This document shows, in pieces, positions 49,501 through 62,734 of a DNA stretch of 64,000 nt. Under the pieces are notes generated by a model. It did no database searches. It was not told the origin of the DNA and saw only the letters and a list, made by a program, of their open reading frames with translations. This stretch comes from Callorhinchus milii (lineage: Eukaryota), in contig NW_024704755.1 in assembly GCF_018977255.1 (NCBI RefSeq), positions 5,022,001 through 5,086,000 of the forward strand, in the 5' to 3' direction. The position numbers and the translations under genes are program-made. Numbering within the stretch: the first letter of the stretch is position 1; every line of letters begins with the position of its first letter.

Positions 49501-52500
49501 TATCTCCTGTACTACTAATATTAAATATACATTTTCCTTAAGTTGTTTTTTAAAAAAAATCAAATTAGAAATTTTGTGTGTAGTTTTTGTCTTGTAGAAT
49601 TCTCAGAAACCAAAATTCAAAAACAATTCTCCAGTATGTTTTTTTGGAGGGAAAAAATCCAAAAATATGGATAAGAGCCTGGTTAAGATAATGAATCTGT
49701 CTGAAATCATGCATGCCAGATCAGTGATGATTGCCCATTACTTTATGAGTAGGCTGTTCATATTGCCAAATAACTCAAGTCTAGTTGCTTGGAAATTAAT
49801 GCCTGCATCAGCACACAGTACTGCATAATAATCAACTATTAAATACATATTCAGTCACACTAATGTGCTGTGCCAGGTATGGCCAACTTTCCTGAACCAC
49901 AAGTAGCCTTTTTGTTCCTTATTGGTTGCTCACAGAAGGCACAATGAAAACTATTTTAGTCTCTGTCACTCTTTACATGTTTCCAAGAGGTTGGTTGGGT
50001 GCATGCTATCTCTGGATCAGATCATGTCTTGCAACATTTCTGTTTTGTGAGATATCAGAGTTAAGAACAATGAATGCAGGCTCTAATTATGTTGTCAAAT
50101 TCACTTTAAAAAAAACTCTTCAGAACCTCTGAGTGGGTATTTCCTTTCCATTCACATATTTTACTATTTGAAGATAATGGCAACTGAAGAAACCTATGGC
50201 AAGTACAAACTGCACATGTTCAACTGCGGCAAAAGATTTCTGTTTGTGCTACTTTGGAATGAAAGATCGTTCCTGCAACAGCTTGCTTGCATGAATGTCA
50301 GTATCGTGGTGATCAGAGACGCTTTGGTTGAAGGGACATTATGATGTGACAGTGCTAGGATTAGCGATACATTCATATCAGCTTCATTATATAGATGTGA
50401 TTACATTGAACCAGCAACAATCACCTGCACTTTGAAACCACTAACAGATTAGAACTTAATAACCAATGACAGATAATTATTAGCACTATACAATGTACAG
50501 TATTATTATATATTGCCAGTAAAATATTGTTTTTCCTTTTCTTAAGATTTGAAATTTGGCCATATCTATCTTTTGTGCAGCTTTCACTCAAAATTGATCC
50601 CTAAAATATTCTTGAGCAGACTAACAGATTGCTTGGAATTTAGCTCTGGTGTAAACTCTCGATTGTCCAAGGCCTTGAGGCGTCCTCTCAATGTAAAAGG
50701 TAATATAGTATACCATTTGTTTTTTATTGCATGATTGGAAGCAGGAAATATAAATTGGACTTTTGGTTTCCAGTCATTCCAGTTTCAGAATCAGTGCTGC
50801 TTACCTGTTGGTAATAGTCTGGGGACTTGAAGTACTTTGTATTAATGGGTGCTAAACAATTAAGAACTGAACTTTTAAAACAATAAAGAAAAGAAGATGT
50901 AATTTGGCCTATCAAGTTCAATTGTTCCACAAACCACATATAGTTTCCCCTTTTGTGGACTCTATGCATTACCTATTTAATCTCCTGAGGGAAAGTTCTG
51001 CATAATTACTTCCTTACACTTTACGGAATATATCAAATGCAAGGATTATTTTAGGCTTTTATTTTCTTGTCTCTTTGACTTTCAAACAAAAACATGGCAT
51101 CTGTAGGCTTATATCTTTATAGATTGGAGGTTTTCATTTTCCTTCAGTTTTTGAACAGGAAATGGATTTAGGAGCTCAAAGGAATGGAAATATTGAAGAT
51201 GCAGTACTCATATTATATTTAAATGGATGAAACATGGCCAGTGAGTCTGGTCCTTAAGAAAGTTATTTTGACTAGCAGGTAAAATCAAATAAAGGACTTG
51301 GCTAGAAACTGCTGTAAATAAATAACAGCCTTATTTAGGCAGCAGAATTAAAAATAAATAAAATAAAATTACACTTAACAAAAATGTGTATTCCAGGTGA
51401 ATAGTTATTCAGATTCCTGGCTTTCAAGTTGAGTCACATCGCTCAAGGCAAGGTCTTAAATTTTATTTCCCCCTTGGTTGGGCACAGTGTTAGAGAATGA
51501 ATGTACAATTGATGCCCTGTCTCAGTGCTGAGCATAAATTTGATGGTGCTTTTTGGCAGTCAGTTATGTTTGCAGCTTTGAGAATAAATTTGTATTCACA
51601 TTTGGGCACCATGAGGAGGTAATTTCTGTTGGTCAAGCAGTTAACCTAAATACAATACAGTATTTTCAATGCTTCCAACAAGATTAAATATACATTAGTT
51701 TGGTATTTGAATAAGGCACTGGTGTTACTTTAATTTCAGTTGCAGTTCAACATTTTTTACATTGAATTTAATGCTCTGTCGCTGAGTACAAAAAAAATAA
51801 ATATTTTGTTTTCAATTACTGTACCTCATTGCATTAAGTTGTTAAACTTTTTGCAAGATATAACGGCATTTAAATATCTGGGCACAAAATATAGTAATAG
51901 CACCAGCACCTTGGGACGTCCTCCCAACATTAAAGGCACTATATTACTGCAGAAATTAAGATCAAAAGCGTTTTATTTCTTGATGCACGCAGTCCATTAT
52001 TTCATGTGGGCCGTGGTTCTTCCCTGTACTGCAAACTACAGCTTGTGCATAGTGTGTCACCTCAGTTACCATGAAGTAAAAAAGGCACTTCCCTGTGAGA
52101 ATAGGACAAAAATAGTGCATTTTCAAGAACATTGTTGTGACATTTTGAATCTCGTGACTTTGAACTAGCGTTTATCCAGCCACAGCTAGAAATAATATGC
52201 ATCTGTTTATTGGAAGGTTGTGTGCGATTCAGCTTTCAACCTGATTGGATTTGATCTCAGCAGACAACTATAGTGAGATAAAATACTGGGCAGCTATGAG
52301 GCAATACCTCTTGAGTATTGAAGATGCAGGTGATTAATCCAAGTGAGCCTTTAGGATTACACTTTTGTTTGAGAGTGAAATTACCATATTTGAGGACAAG
52401 ACAGGCTGTGTTGCACAGCGCACAACACACAATTTAAGTGATTAGTTTGAGGATTCAAGGGTAGGATAGAATTTTTGAATTCAAATTCATAGCTACAATT

Positions 52501-55500
52501 TTGGCTTACAAAGCAGTCACTACACTTGAGAGTAAAATATGTATGAAGCGTTATGAGACATTTCGATGTAATGAGAAAAATGCACATTTTTTTAATGTTA
52601 ACGACTCTTTCAACAGTACCCCTGTATAGAAAGTAAATGTGAATTTTAATCCCAGCCTTTTCCTAAAAGAAAAGTAACAACATGAGAATTATGGTAACCA
52701 TACAGCACAAATACCTGGCCCACTAGGACTATCCTAACCTGTTGGGCTAAAATAGAAACATAAATTAGAAATAAATCTTTATTTACATCGTTTCAATGAT
52801 CCTGAATCTGAGCCATAAATGGCATAGGATCTGTTCTCTTTTTTTTGCTGTCTGTGAACATTTGTAGGTAATATGTTTACAACTTTTCTTGCAGCATTTT
52901 ATGTACTTAAGTCCTTAGTTATTGTTTGTGGTAGGGGCCAGGGGTTGAGATTGTGTAAGAGACAGTTGGTTGTTTTTTAAAACAATATTTTTTCAGGTTT
53001 AGCAATCATCTAGCAAATGGATTTTGTCAGTAGTCAACATGGAGTATGAGTTCACATTGTGTCCTTTTCTACGTCTTTTCTACGTCTACTGTGTTATTTT
53101 TTCTATTGATGTTTGTAAACATGAGTATTGTTTGATAATTTATATGTTTATGTTAGTGGTACCAATGTAAGCAAACTATTTGTGCTTTTCTGTTTTAAAA
53201 CCTTGATTCCAGGATTAAATGAAAAGGGATGTTTTTGCCACATGAAGGAGAATGCATGTTTGGTTTTGATTGCTGGAGGTGAAGCAACTGATTTATACTT
53301 CCTGATTTGAATTCCTCTTGCATGGGTTGAGGAGAACCAGTCATTGTTTAATGTTATCAAAAAGGCTGTTATCAAAAAAGCTGATCTTATACATCAGTGG
53401 TATGATTCTTAATGAATCCACCAACACATGGTGGTCTTAGCAAGCAACTAACTTTCAATATAAATTACTTGAATATAATAATAATAATAATCCTTGCATT
53501 TGATATAGCGCTTTTCACGTCGGGAGGACGTCCCAAAGCGCTTCACAGAGCACACTGTAAAGTGAATTGACTGTATATTTGTGGGCGAACGCGGCAGCCA
53601 ATTGCGCACAACAATGTCCCACAAACAGTCATAGATTGAAAATGACCAATTTATTATTGTTTTTGGTTTTGGAGGGATTAGTATTAGGCTCTGTGTGGAG
53701 TCAGGAAACTTGCCCAAGTTTCGCCCTCTGCCTGGAATTGAACTCACGTCTCTCACTTGCAAAGCGAGTGCTCTAACCACTGAGCTACAGGACTCCACAC
53801 ATCATTTCCCATGATTTGTAGTGCCAAGGACCATTGTGCCTCACACCAATGGAGCAGAGAAAACAAATATGGTTAGATAATACCAAACTTTCGGATTTAG
53901 AATTGTGGAGATTGTAAGAGAAACAGATGAATGAGGCGGATAAGGAGTTAACCACCTTGAGATCCTGGGAAAGAATTAGTGAATCAGAAAGCATGCAATG
54001 AGATTGATTACAATGAGTACAATTACAGCACGAGGAAGGGAGGGAGAAATATTGTGTGGAGCTATTTGGAGTTTGAGAGAAATGAGGGGAATGTTTAGTT
54101 GTTTACTGGTACAATCTTCAAGAAACTGGATTGCATTATATATGGGTTGGATAATCCCACTCATCATTTGAGATGGATGATCTAGATGTAGAAAATCTTG
54201 TGTTGAGGAAAAGGAATGAAAACTGAAAGGGAAAAAAATCCCATTTGTGTTCTCTAAATAGCTTGGTAGAACTTGCCATATACGTGAAGCATTTTCAGTG
54301 TTGCTGCATAGTTTTGTTTGGGGCTTCATAGCCTTGTATTACTTTGCCTGGTAGTTTGATTTGTATATTTGCTGGGTGAGCGCTAGGGTAGAATCTGAAC
54401 TATGTGCAATGGATAAAAAAATGTTTGTTTTTCTTTGAAGCTAAAACCAGGCAACTTGGATTCAGCTAAACCCACCAGCTATTTAACAAATATGTTGAAA
54501 GCCATTCTCACAAATACACAATCAGTTTGGTACTGCTGCTCAAAACAGTGAAATATTCATTTAAGTTACTTTGCGTCTCTGATTAATGATTTACAATCTT
54601 TCCACAGTTTTCAATATCAATTATTCAACCAATTATACCCTATATAACTTTGTATATACATATAATACTGTATCTTGCATAAGAATAGGTTGACTTTTTA
54701 TAGAACTAATAGTTGATGTTACCTTATTGTGAATGTTTTCAAGATCTGATTATTTTGTGTGGTGGGTAGGAGAATTGCATGCTTTTCAGTGTATAATTCT
54801 TGGCACTAGAACCAATTGTAATCTATGTCAGCATCAAGCGTTGCATAGTAAATATAGACTGGATTAGAATGAGGTGACTCTCACATTGCACACTTCTAAC
54901 AACGCACCTTATCCCTAGATTCAGGGTGACTTTTCCATTCCACTCATGGATGAGTGACCATTAAGAGCTGGATTGAGAGCTTCTCTCATTTAAAACTTAA
55001 GCACATTTCAGAAAGAGTTTTCACAATCAAAGTAGCCTGCATTCAGACATTTAGATGAAAGAACAATGTGCCAATCCACTATACTACTGTTGCATCTACA
55101 GTTGGGTTAAATTGCTTTTGAATTGCCAGATGCAGAATAAACAACTGTATGTTGAATTTTATCGTTAGCTTTGTTGAGCAAATTCTTGAGACTTGAGTGT
55201 CCCATGTTTAGTGGCTAAACAGGAAGAACTATCTTTTTGTCTGATTACAGTAATGTGATAATATATTGAATTACTTAGCAGCAGGAATATTTTACTTCCC
55301 GACTCAATTAATGGCATTTTTCATTCATCACATTTTGAGGGATGTAGTGTTTCATGGAATTACAAAGACTGAAACAGGCCATTTGACTCAACCAGTTTGT
55401 GCCGGAGTTTATCCTGCATGACTTCCACCTCTGCTAATCCCCCCTCCTGTTCTCTGTCCCATACCTCTCTCTTCCCTTCTCCGTCGTGCATGCAACTTTT

Positions 55501-58500
55501 GATTTTGTAGCACCCAGAATATATTCACTTGGCATTTCTGCAAATCTTATTTTTCTTTCTATCTTTTCATTCACACTTTATTTTCTGGCTGCAGATTGAA
55601 GAGTGGAGTTTTGCTGCTGGCTGTTAATCTGATGGCTGTTGAAACATTCCTGGTTGATTATTTGCCTTCTGTTTATTATTTAACTTGAAATATTTGGGCT
55701 CTAGTTTAGTTCATGAACATAATTTATCTTGTAAGCCTTATAAGTACCATTTGTTTCACTATTAAGGATTTCCTTAATTTGCTTTTCATGACCTCCTTAT
55801 AGTTAGAGTTTTTGGCTTTTGGGTCTTAAAGTGGCACTGGTTCAAATATACGTTTGTTCAGTTGAACGGATTTATCTCCAATGGTTAAACAAATTAAAGT
55901 AAACATTCAGCAGATCAGTCTTGACCACTATTGACTGAAAAGTTAGCATTCATAGTAACAAAGTTCATTTTATTCTTTGGAGATTGAAGTTGAACCAACT
56001 TTGCTGTCCCCATTTTAGCTTGTAGCTTTTAACCTTGCATATCTGATTCTGATACCTGCTTGACGTCAGCAATCAGGTAACAGAGTTCAAATTTTTAAAG
56101 TTTATTTGAAATTGCTTGCTGTGGTTTTAACTCCTCACTCACTGCCAATTTCAGAATAGCTGTTACATAGCAGAATTCTAAGAGGGCTCGAATAAAAGTC
56201 TTGTTTTATTTTTGAAGTTTTTAACATTTAGTTTCAAAGGACCTTTTCTAGAAAATCGTGTTTTATAATGACAGGTGCATTATTTATAATGCCTGCAAGT
56301 AGCCGTTTTGGTCCATTTTGGTCCTGAAGAATGCATTGGTCATTGGATGATAATATTCACTGTTTGTTTTCAAAGTATCAGGAAATTCAGTAGAGAGACA
56401 GTTTGTGTTACCTTTGCCATACATTTTCAGAAATGTATGGCAAAGTTTATATGGATAAAATCTGGTGCTCCAGCCTTAAACCTTTGAGGATCATCTTTAG
56501 CAACAAGCAGCTGAGAAGTGAGCCAGACTATACTTGAGATTATTTATAACAATTTTCCTGCCTGTAAGTGTTAGAGTTGGAAAATTATTACTATCGCAGT
56601 GGACTTTAATAATCAATAGCTAGATTAATGAATTGTTTGCACTCAGTTGCAGAAATTTTCAGAAATGTGCAGAAGGATCAGGTATTGTACTACTCAAGAT
56701 ATTTGGTTACATGGATTTTAGCTTTCCTTATTAATCTGGTGTTGAGTACAGTGATTGTGTGCTTCCATGAGATGCCTATCATTTGTAGATCTGAAGAATC
56801 TATTTCATAATTTATTTCACATGCATTTTTGTCAGGGGTTAAAACCATCTGTTACTTTATATGTAGAATGTCGGCATTATCTTTACAGCACAACTCCAAG
56901 GTTCCTGAACTTTCAGCCACTTTGTGATTTGAGCATCTGGCCCACCAGGAGCCTTATATCAAATAGCTAACCTCTTCCACAAGGGTCAAATTAATCCTTT
57001 GCAACAGGTCATTCGCAAAATTGCTGATCCCTGAACAGAAATTTTTCAAAAAACAAAAAATCTGACGAGTCAGGACATTTTCTTCAAGCTCACCTGAGAG
57101 CCAATTATCTCAGAAATATTGTCAGACTTGTATTGAGAGCATAAAGAAAAACTTTACTGTAAATGCTCAAAAGACCAGTAAGTCATGCGAACCTTGTCTG
57201 ATTTTTCTTTCTCCGTATTGGAGGGCATTGGGGGCATTTCTAGTTCTACACCATTGTTTCCGTTAAGGTTATTAACTGCCTTACCGCAGATCTGGTATCG
57301 GCTCCAGTGAAACCGCATACTTGTAAAACGATTTGCACCATTGGGAGAGGAGGGGATGGGGGGAAAAAAATCAAATCTATTCTAAGTGAAACCTGGAGCC
57401 TTAGATACAGAGAGTTTAGATACAAAACACTGTTTTTAAGCGAGGAAAGCTTTCTTTCAATTTATAAAGGCTGTTCTTGAACAGGCCAGTTTTAATATTT
57501 GGGATATAATCAGAACTTGGTTGGTAAATACTAGTGAAATACTTCTCTGATATTGGCTTTTTTTTGCATTATATTTTGAGTCCATTTCTGATTTTATCAG
57601 TGCATTCTGCTAATGGTAGCTACTGTAAACATTTGAAGAAATACTGCTGCATTTGCCCTTGTGTGCCTTTGAATAGGCTTTCAAGTGCATTAAATACTTT
57701 CGGTGTACTTTCAGGTATTGAAAGGAGTTGGCAAACTGGTGAGTTTATATGGTATGGAAGAATATTTTGATGCAAAGAAGCCCTGATTTGTAAGAAAAGA
57801 AAGAATTGATTCTTTTCTAAATAGTGCTAGCACAGGGGCAGATAGAACTGTTTGCATAGTCTGTGGCACAGAGCCATGCACTGCATTCTTTGTACGCCTC
57901 ACCGGTCTGATTTGGAGTGATATAATTGACTTTCTGATTTATACTAATAACAAAACATATTGCAGAGACTTGTAGTTATGGGATGAAGTTCAAAGGCTAT
58001 GAAGAACTTTGTTTTTACAAATACAGATTATAATTTTTTAAAATATAAATCTGTTGGTATTGCTAAACTCCAAGCATGTTGGTTACGAGCATACATCGCC
58101 AGCCTTTCTACTGCTAAAGAAGGTGGGAACAAGGAATGTTATTTTCAGAGGATATTTCATCGAAAATGTTTTCATATGTTTTCCTTTCTTTGGTCAAAAC
58201 TGGTGGCATTGATATTGAAACAGTGGCACAGCATTATTGGATAGTTGCAATTTAAATAGCAAATGGAGGTAGTTCATTACATTTTTTTTGCTCTTTCGTG
58301 AAAGCAATGATGGGAAGATGCATTCTGATTATAACAGTTGCTAGTTCCCAAACTGAATAGTGAACATTCTATAAAGTAGCATGTTGGCCCACACTGTACA
58401 TTCATCAGGTAATTAATCAAATAATCTCTGGTAAAGTCTTCAATGTGACTTTCATCTACTATTTTATCTGCAGCTCTAGGTAGCTAATTGTGACTGCAGG

Positions 58501-61500
58501 GAAATTCTTGCCACATTTGACAAAAATATATCTTTTTCCAAATTAAACCAGTTCATCAAGTTTGCATATTTCCCTTCACGTGCAGTAACATTTTAACAAT
58601 GGCATGGTTTGACATCAAGCCTGGGACAGTGATCGTAGACGAGGTTGAAGAGAAAGTTGTTAATGTGCGATCTGAAGAGGGGTAAAGAGGGAGCAAGGTA
58701 GAGGGATTGTTGCAGGGAGTTCCAGAGGTTCAAAGAATAGTGGCTGAAAGCATGGCCGTCAATGGTTAAGCGGAGGGTTCGAGGGACATGTAAAAGACCT
58801 GAGCAGGCTGAGCCAAGAGTGCATTCCGAGGATGGGCTGTGAACAGGTTAGACCGGTAAGGGTATGGGGGGGGAGTATCAGGGAATTAAGTGATTTATAG
58901 GTGAGTGTAAGGATCTTGAAATGAATCCATTCTGCGACGAGCAGCCAGTGGAGTCTGGCAAGAACTGGGTGACCGTGGTGCAGTTTGGTGCATGTGAGGA
59001 TACGGACAGTGGAATTCTGATTCAAGGAAACAATCATACTTTGAGAGACAATTGTTTTAAATTGTATAGGTAGCAGAAAGTAGTGAATTGCATCAACTAC
59101 TTAATTTTTAAAACTGCATGCTTGCCTAAAATGTAGTTCAATTGAAGGTACACACTGTTAAATTTAAGTTGGTTTTCGTATTTTGCTGCAGTAGTTTTCA
59201 GAAAAAATAAGTGAGGCAATAAACTATAGGGCACAATAGTATTATGGTTTAGCAAATTAATCGATGGTAAATGATTACAGTATTACATTATTGACAATGG
59301 TTTAAGATTAAGATAGATGACAAGGTCCATGTTTAGGACATGAAAGAAGTGTAGTAAAGGAAAAAATAATAGCAACCAAACACTTTGTTCCTTTTAAAAT
59401 GTGCCACCTTTCCTATTCTGATTGATCGTATTGATGCCTAGCAGAAGATTAATTTGGTTGGGCAGGTTTTATTATTGTACTTAAGTATTTCATTCTTGTT
59501 GATATCTAAGCAAATGGAATATAAGCTTGAAATACGCACGAAGAGGAAGGATATCTCTTTGATTTACCTTAATTTTAAAAAAACTGGTAGCCATTCAAAG
59601 TTCACAACTGTTTTGAGTTTATATTAATCCCGTCTGTGATAGACATGTCCTGTATCAACATCTTGGACACTTGCCAAGTACTTCATTTCTTCCCCTCAGA
59701 TCTGTGGGCACCATTATCTTGAGGTGAATGACCATGACAAAATGAGTATTTCCATTCAATCAAAATACCCAAGAAGATAACTGTGTATAAGTTCCAGTCT
59801 TTGCTAACTTTTTTAATATGATGAAATTTATCTCTTCCCTCATGACTAATGCCATTCAATATTATGAAGTGATGTGACGTAATTTCCAGCAGTGGAGCAA
59901 TTCCGAATGGGAAACATATTTATATTTCCTCCACCAAATTGTCCTCACCAAGGAAAGCTCTCAGAATATGCAACTAAGCATGTCTGCAAAACTCAGCAAA
60001 CCAGTGGTGAATTCTGGTTACAAGTTTGCAATGTTATTCAAGAGGCAATCCATTAATGTTAAAAGCCTCAGGGATAATCAGTGAACTGACAGTTGGGTTG
60101 TCAGCATCCCTTAATTCCCCAAGGATGTCCTAAAATTAGTACATAGCAGACCTGAAGGGGAAGATTCAGCCATTAAAAAAAGAGAGCGAAAACACTTATG
60201 GTCAGCACACGGTAATGTTAGTTGAAAGGAAACCCAAAAGATTTGAATCACTTCACTTGTTCCAGCAGGATCATTCAGAACAGGAAGCTGTGTCCAATAA
60301 GGCAAAGTGATCTAGGCCTCGGAGATTGGCTGAATGGGGGAAAAAAGGACTGAAAATGAGTGAAGATGATTCCAGAGCCTTCGGGTGTCCTCCCGACCTG
60401 AAAGGCAGTATACAAATGTAATTTGTTGTTGTTGAAAAAGAGCTGAGAATTGGAACTATCCAACCAAGTCCGAAAGTAAGCAGCCAGGGCTGGGAATGAG
60501 GAACGATTTTGTCTTCCATCCCCCGTGATGTTCTGATTTGTTTGACTATTTGTACAATGTACTGACACTGTTCTAGAATTGTGAAGATGGAACTGTTACA
60601 TGATACTATAATGAAAGCATTTAAAGTATCAATAGAAGTATCTGTAAGGACCCTGGATAATTTTAACATTAAAATAATCTTCCAAAACACAACTATGATA
60701 TTGAAAACAGTAGACAATGCAAGAGGTTATTTGCACATCAACAAAGTCCCTGTAAATTTTGGCAAAATGCAAAAACCCTTCATTGATACAGACAACAGTG
60801 AAAAAATGTTTGTGTGTGAGAGAGAAAAATCATTCCAAATGTGTATCCTGCTTAAAATTTTGCAAACAAAAAATAACTTTCAAGCCCCACACATAGCCTA
60901 AGCTGACACTCCAATGCAGGTGGGGTGTTCCATTGTTGGAGGTGCCATCCTTTGGATGAGACATTAAACTAAGGTCCCATCTGCTTGTTCAGGTGGATGT
61001 TAAAGATCCCTTGGCACTATTCAAAAAAATAAGGGAATTTCTCCCGGAGTCCCAGTCAACAATCCTCAAAATAAATGTTGTCATTCACTCCATGGCTGTT
61101 TGTGGGATATTGCTGCGCGCAACTGGCTGTTGCTTTTCGCCCACAAAATACAGTCAGTTCCACTTTACAAGTATATCCTGTGAAGCACTTTAAGACATCT
61201 CAATGGTGTGATAAGGCGCGGATAAGCAGGAATAAAACTATGGAGCTGAAAGCCTTTACCATTGAAAGTAAACTGCAATAAAATGATTCAAAAACTTGGA
61301 TCTCTTACTGTGCTATTTGAGCAAACCTCCTGGTTGATCAATTAAGAAGCAATATTTAGAATCTTCATAGAAATATCTTGATTTGAACCACTGAGTCCTC
61401 TTAACGGACAAAAAATGCTTGAATATTGATTAGGAAAGGAGCATCAAAAAAGATTCTGCACTTTGTTTTCTTTTCTGGTACAAAAGGTTGACTTGAGCTA

Positions 61501-62734
61501 AGCCAGGAAATCCACGTGCTTTTAAGAATCTGTATATTCCATGTATGTTATCCAGAGGTTATAAATTCTAAGGATTTTTATAGCCGAGCATAGCTATTTT
61601 GATGTTCCATTTTTTCTTCAAGCAGGTGTTAAATTGTAATGTTAAACTGTCATGAGCTACAATGTGAAATGCATTATTTTAAAACTGCCCTTTCAGTAAC
61701 TGTATAAAAAGAAAATAACTACTTTTCAAGAGATGATTAAATGAAATAGGATTGTAAAAGTTGATTTGCGTATTGAATCGTTACTTGTAAAAATTGAAAT
61801 GATCTTTTAAATAAAGTAAATTAAATCCAGAAGTCTTGAGGTTTTATTTATTAGGCTGGTGATGGAAGCTGAAAATTTACTTCAGATATCCTGTCCATTT
61901 CCACTTCAATAACTCTTAGCTTTAGTCCATTTCCTTCTTCCAACAACAATATTGATTTACAGCAGACTACTGTTGCAGAACAGATCACAAATCCAAGCAA
62001 TCTTACAAACTCAAATGGAAGGAAAACTCAATTTCATAATGGAATAGAATGCTGAATTAATATGAGTTAACAATTTGGTAGCAGATTCCTAATGGAGGCA
62101 ACAATAATAGCCTTTGAATCTGATGCTAGTTTATTTCCCTCACAGTCGCATTCTTACTCTAACTCTTTTAACACAATATTGTCAGGTACAATCTGTTGGA
62201 TTCTAACCTATGTCTGCCATCCTGTGGTATAATGTACAATCCACTGCGACTTGCATAAAATAGATCATAACCAAAGCTACTGCACAGACACTTTGTAAAG
62301 TTTTTCTTTGGTCTATAAATGTTACTATAGCCCTTTACTAAAATATGTATTTACTTGTGCAACTACAATGCAAATGATAATGCCTAGAGGCTATGTTGCT
62401 GTGCTGAAGAGACTTCTGAGCACTTTCAAGCGAAATTGAGAACTGGTGCTCCAGTGGTCTATTTTTCAGACTACCTTGAAAAGGAATTAATGCACAATTT
62501 CAACATGCCACACAAGGAGGCTTTATATGGCTTAGACCCAAAAAATCACTAACATTGGGATGCAATAAGTTAATTAATGGATATTTTTTTCTTGTTTTTG
62601 CCTCCTTGTAGAATCCGTGTATGACCTACTACCAAAACAGCTTCAGCTTCCAGCAAGTGAGACAAGTGTTGTATCGATGAGTCAGAAAAGTGGTGGTGAG
62701 GCAGGCTCTCCTCCCTCAGCTACAGTCGCCGCTG
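43508..62734 (+). CDS. NFAT5: Nuclear factor of activated T-cells 5 (TonEBP), 5' partial; exons 43508-43580 and 62612-62734; gene continues beyond the right edge
   Basis: [24 protein letters not shown]|[41 protein letters not shown] is nearly identical to the recalled NFAT5 N-terminus; phase-1 GT-AG junctions. Confidence 0.96.
43673..43993. other. Assembly gap (321 N)
   Basis: N run next to a poly-C tract in NFAT5 intron 1. Confidence 1.
45712..46050 (+). mobile_element. Older Deu-domain SINE (AmnSINE1/SacSINE1-like)
   Basis: TTAAACTGAGGT..CTGTTCAGGTGGACGTTAAAGAT..GCACTATTCAAA..GGAGTTTCCC is the Deu core; L2-type tail. Homologous to 60900-61225. Confidence 0.75.
53476..53796 (-). mobile_element. 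tRNA-derived SINE, NFAT5 intron 1
   Basis: Full-length reverse-complement copy of the family. Confidence 0.92.
55355..55490 (-). mobile_element. CR1-like 3' fragment; similar remnants at about 20570-20900 (-) and 37080-37255 (+)
   Basis: GAAACAGGCCATTTGACTCAACCAGTTTGTGCCGGAGTTTAT resembles 29935-29980. Confidence 0.55.
58630..59010 (-). mobile_element. Decayed L2 fragment
   Basis: [24 protein letters not shown] motif. Confidence 0.75.
60900..61225 (+). mobile_element. Older Deu-domain SINE
   Basis: GGAGGTGCCATCCTTTGGATGAGACATTAAACTAAGGTCCC..TTCAGGTGGATGTTAAAGATCCCTTGGCACTATT Deu core followed by the family tail. Confidence 0.8.

Noticed and set aside
56579-56592. TonE-like TGGAAAATTA sites in NFAT5 intron 1 suggesting autoregulation
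   Set aside because: A short AT-rich motif expected by chance; similar sites occur throughout the window.
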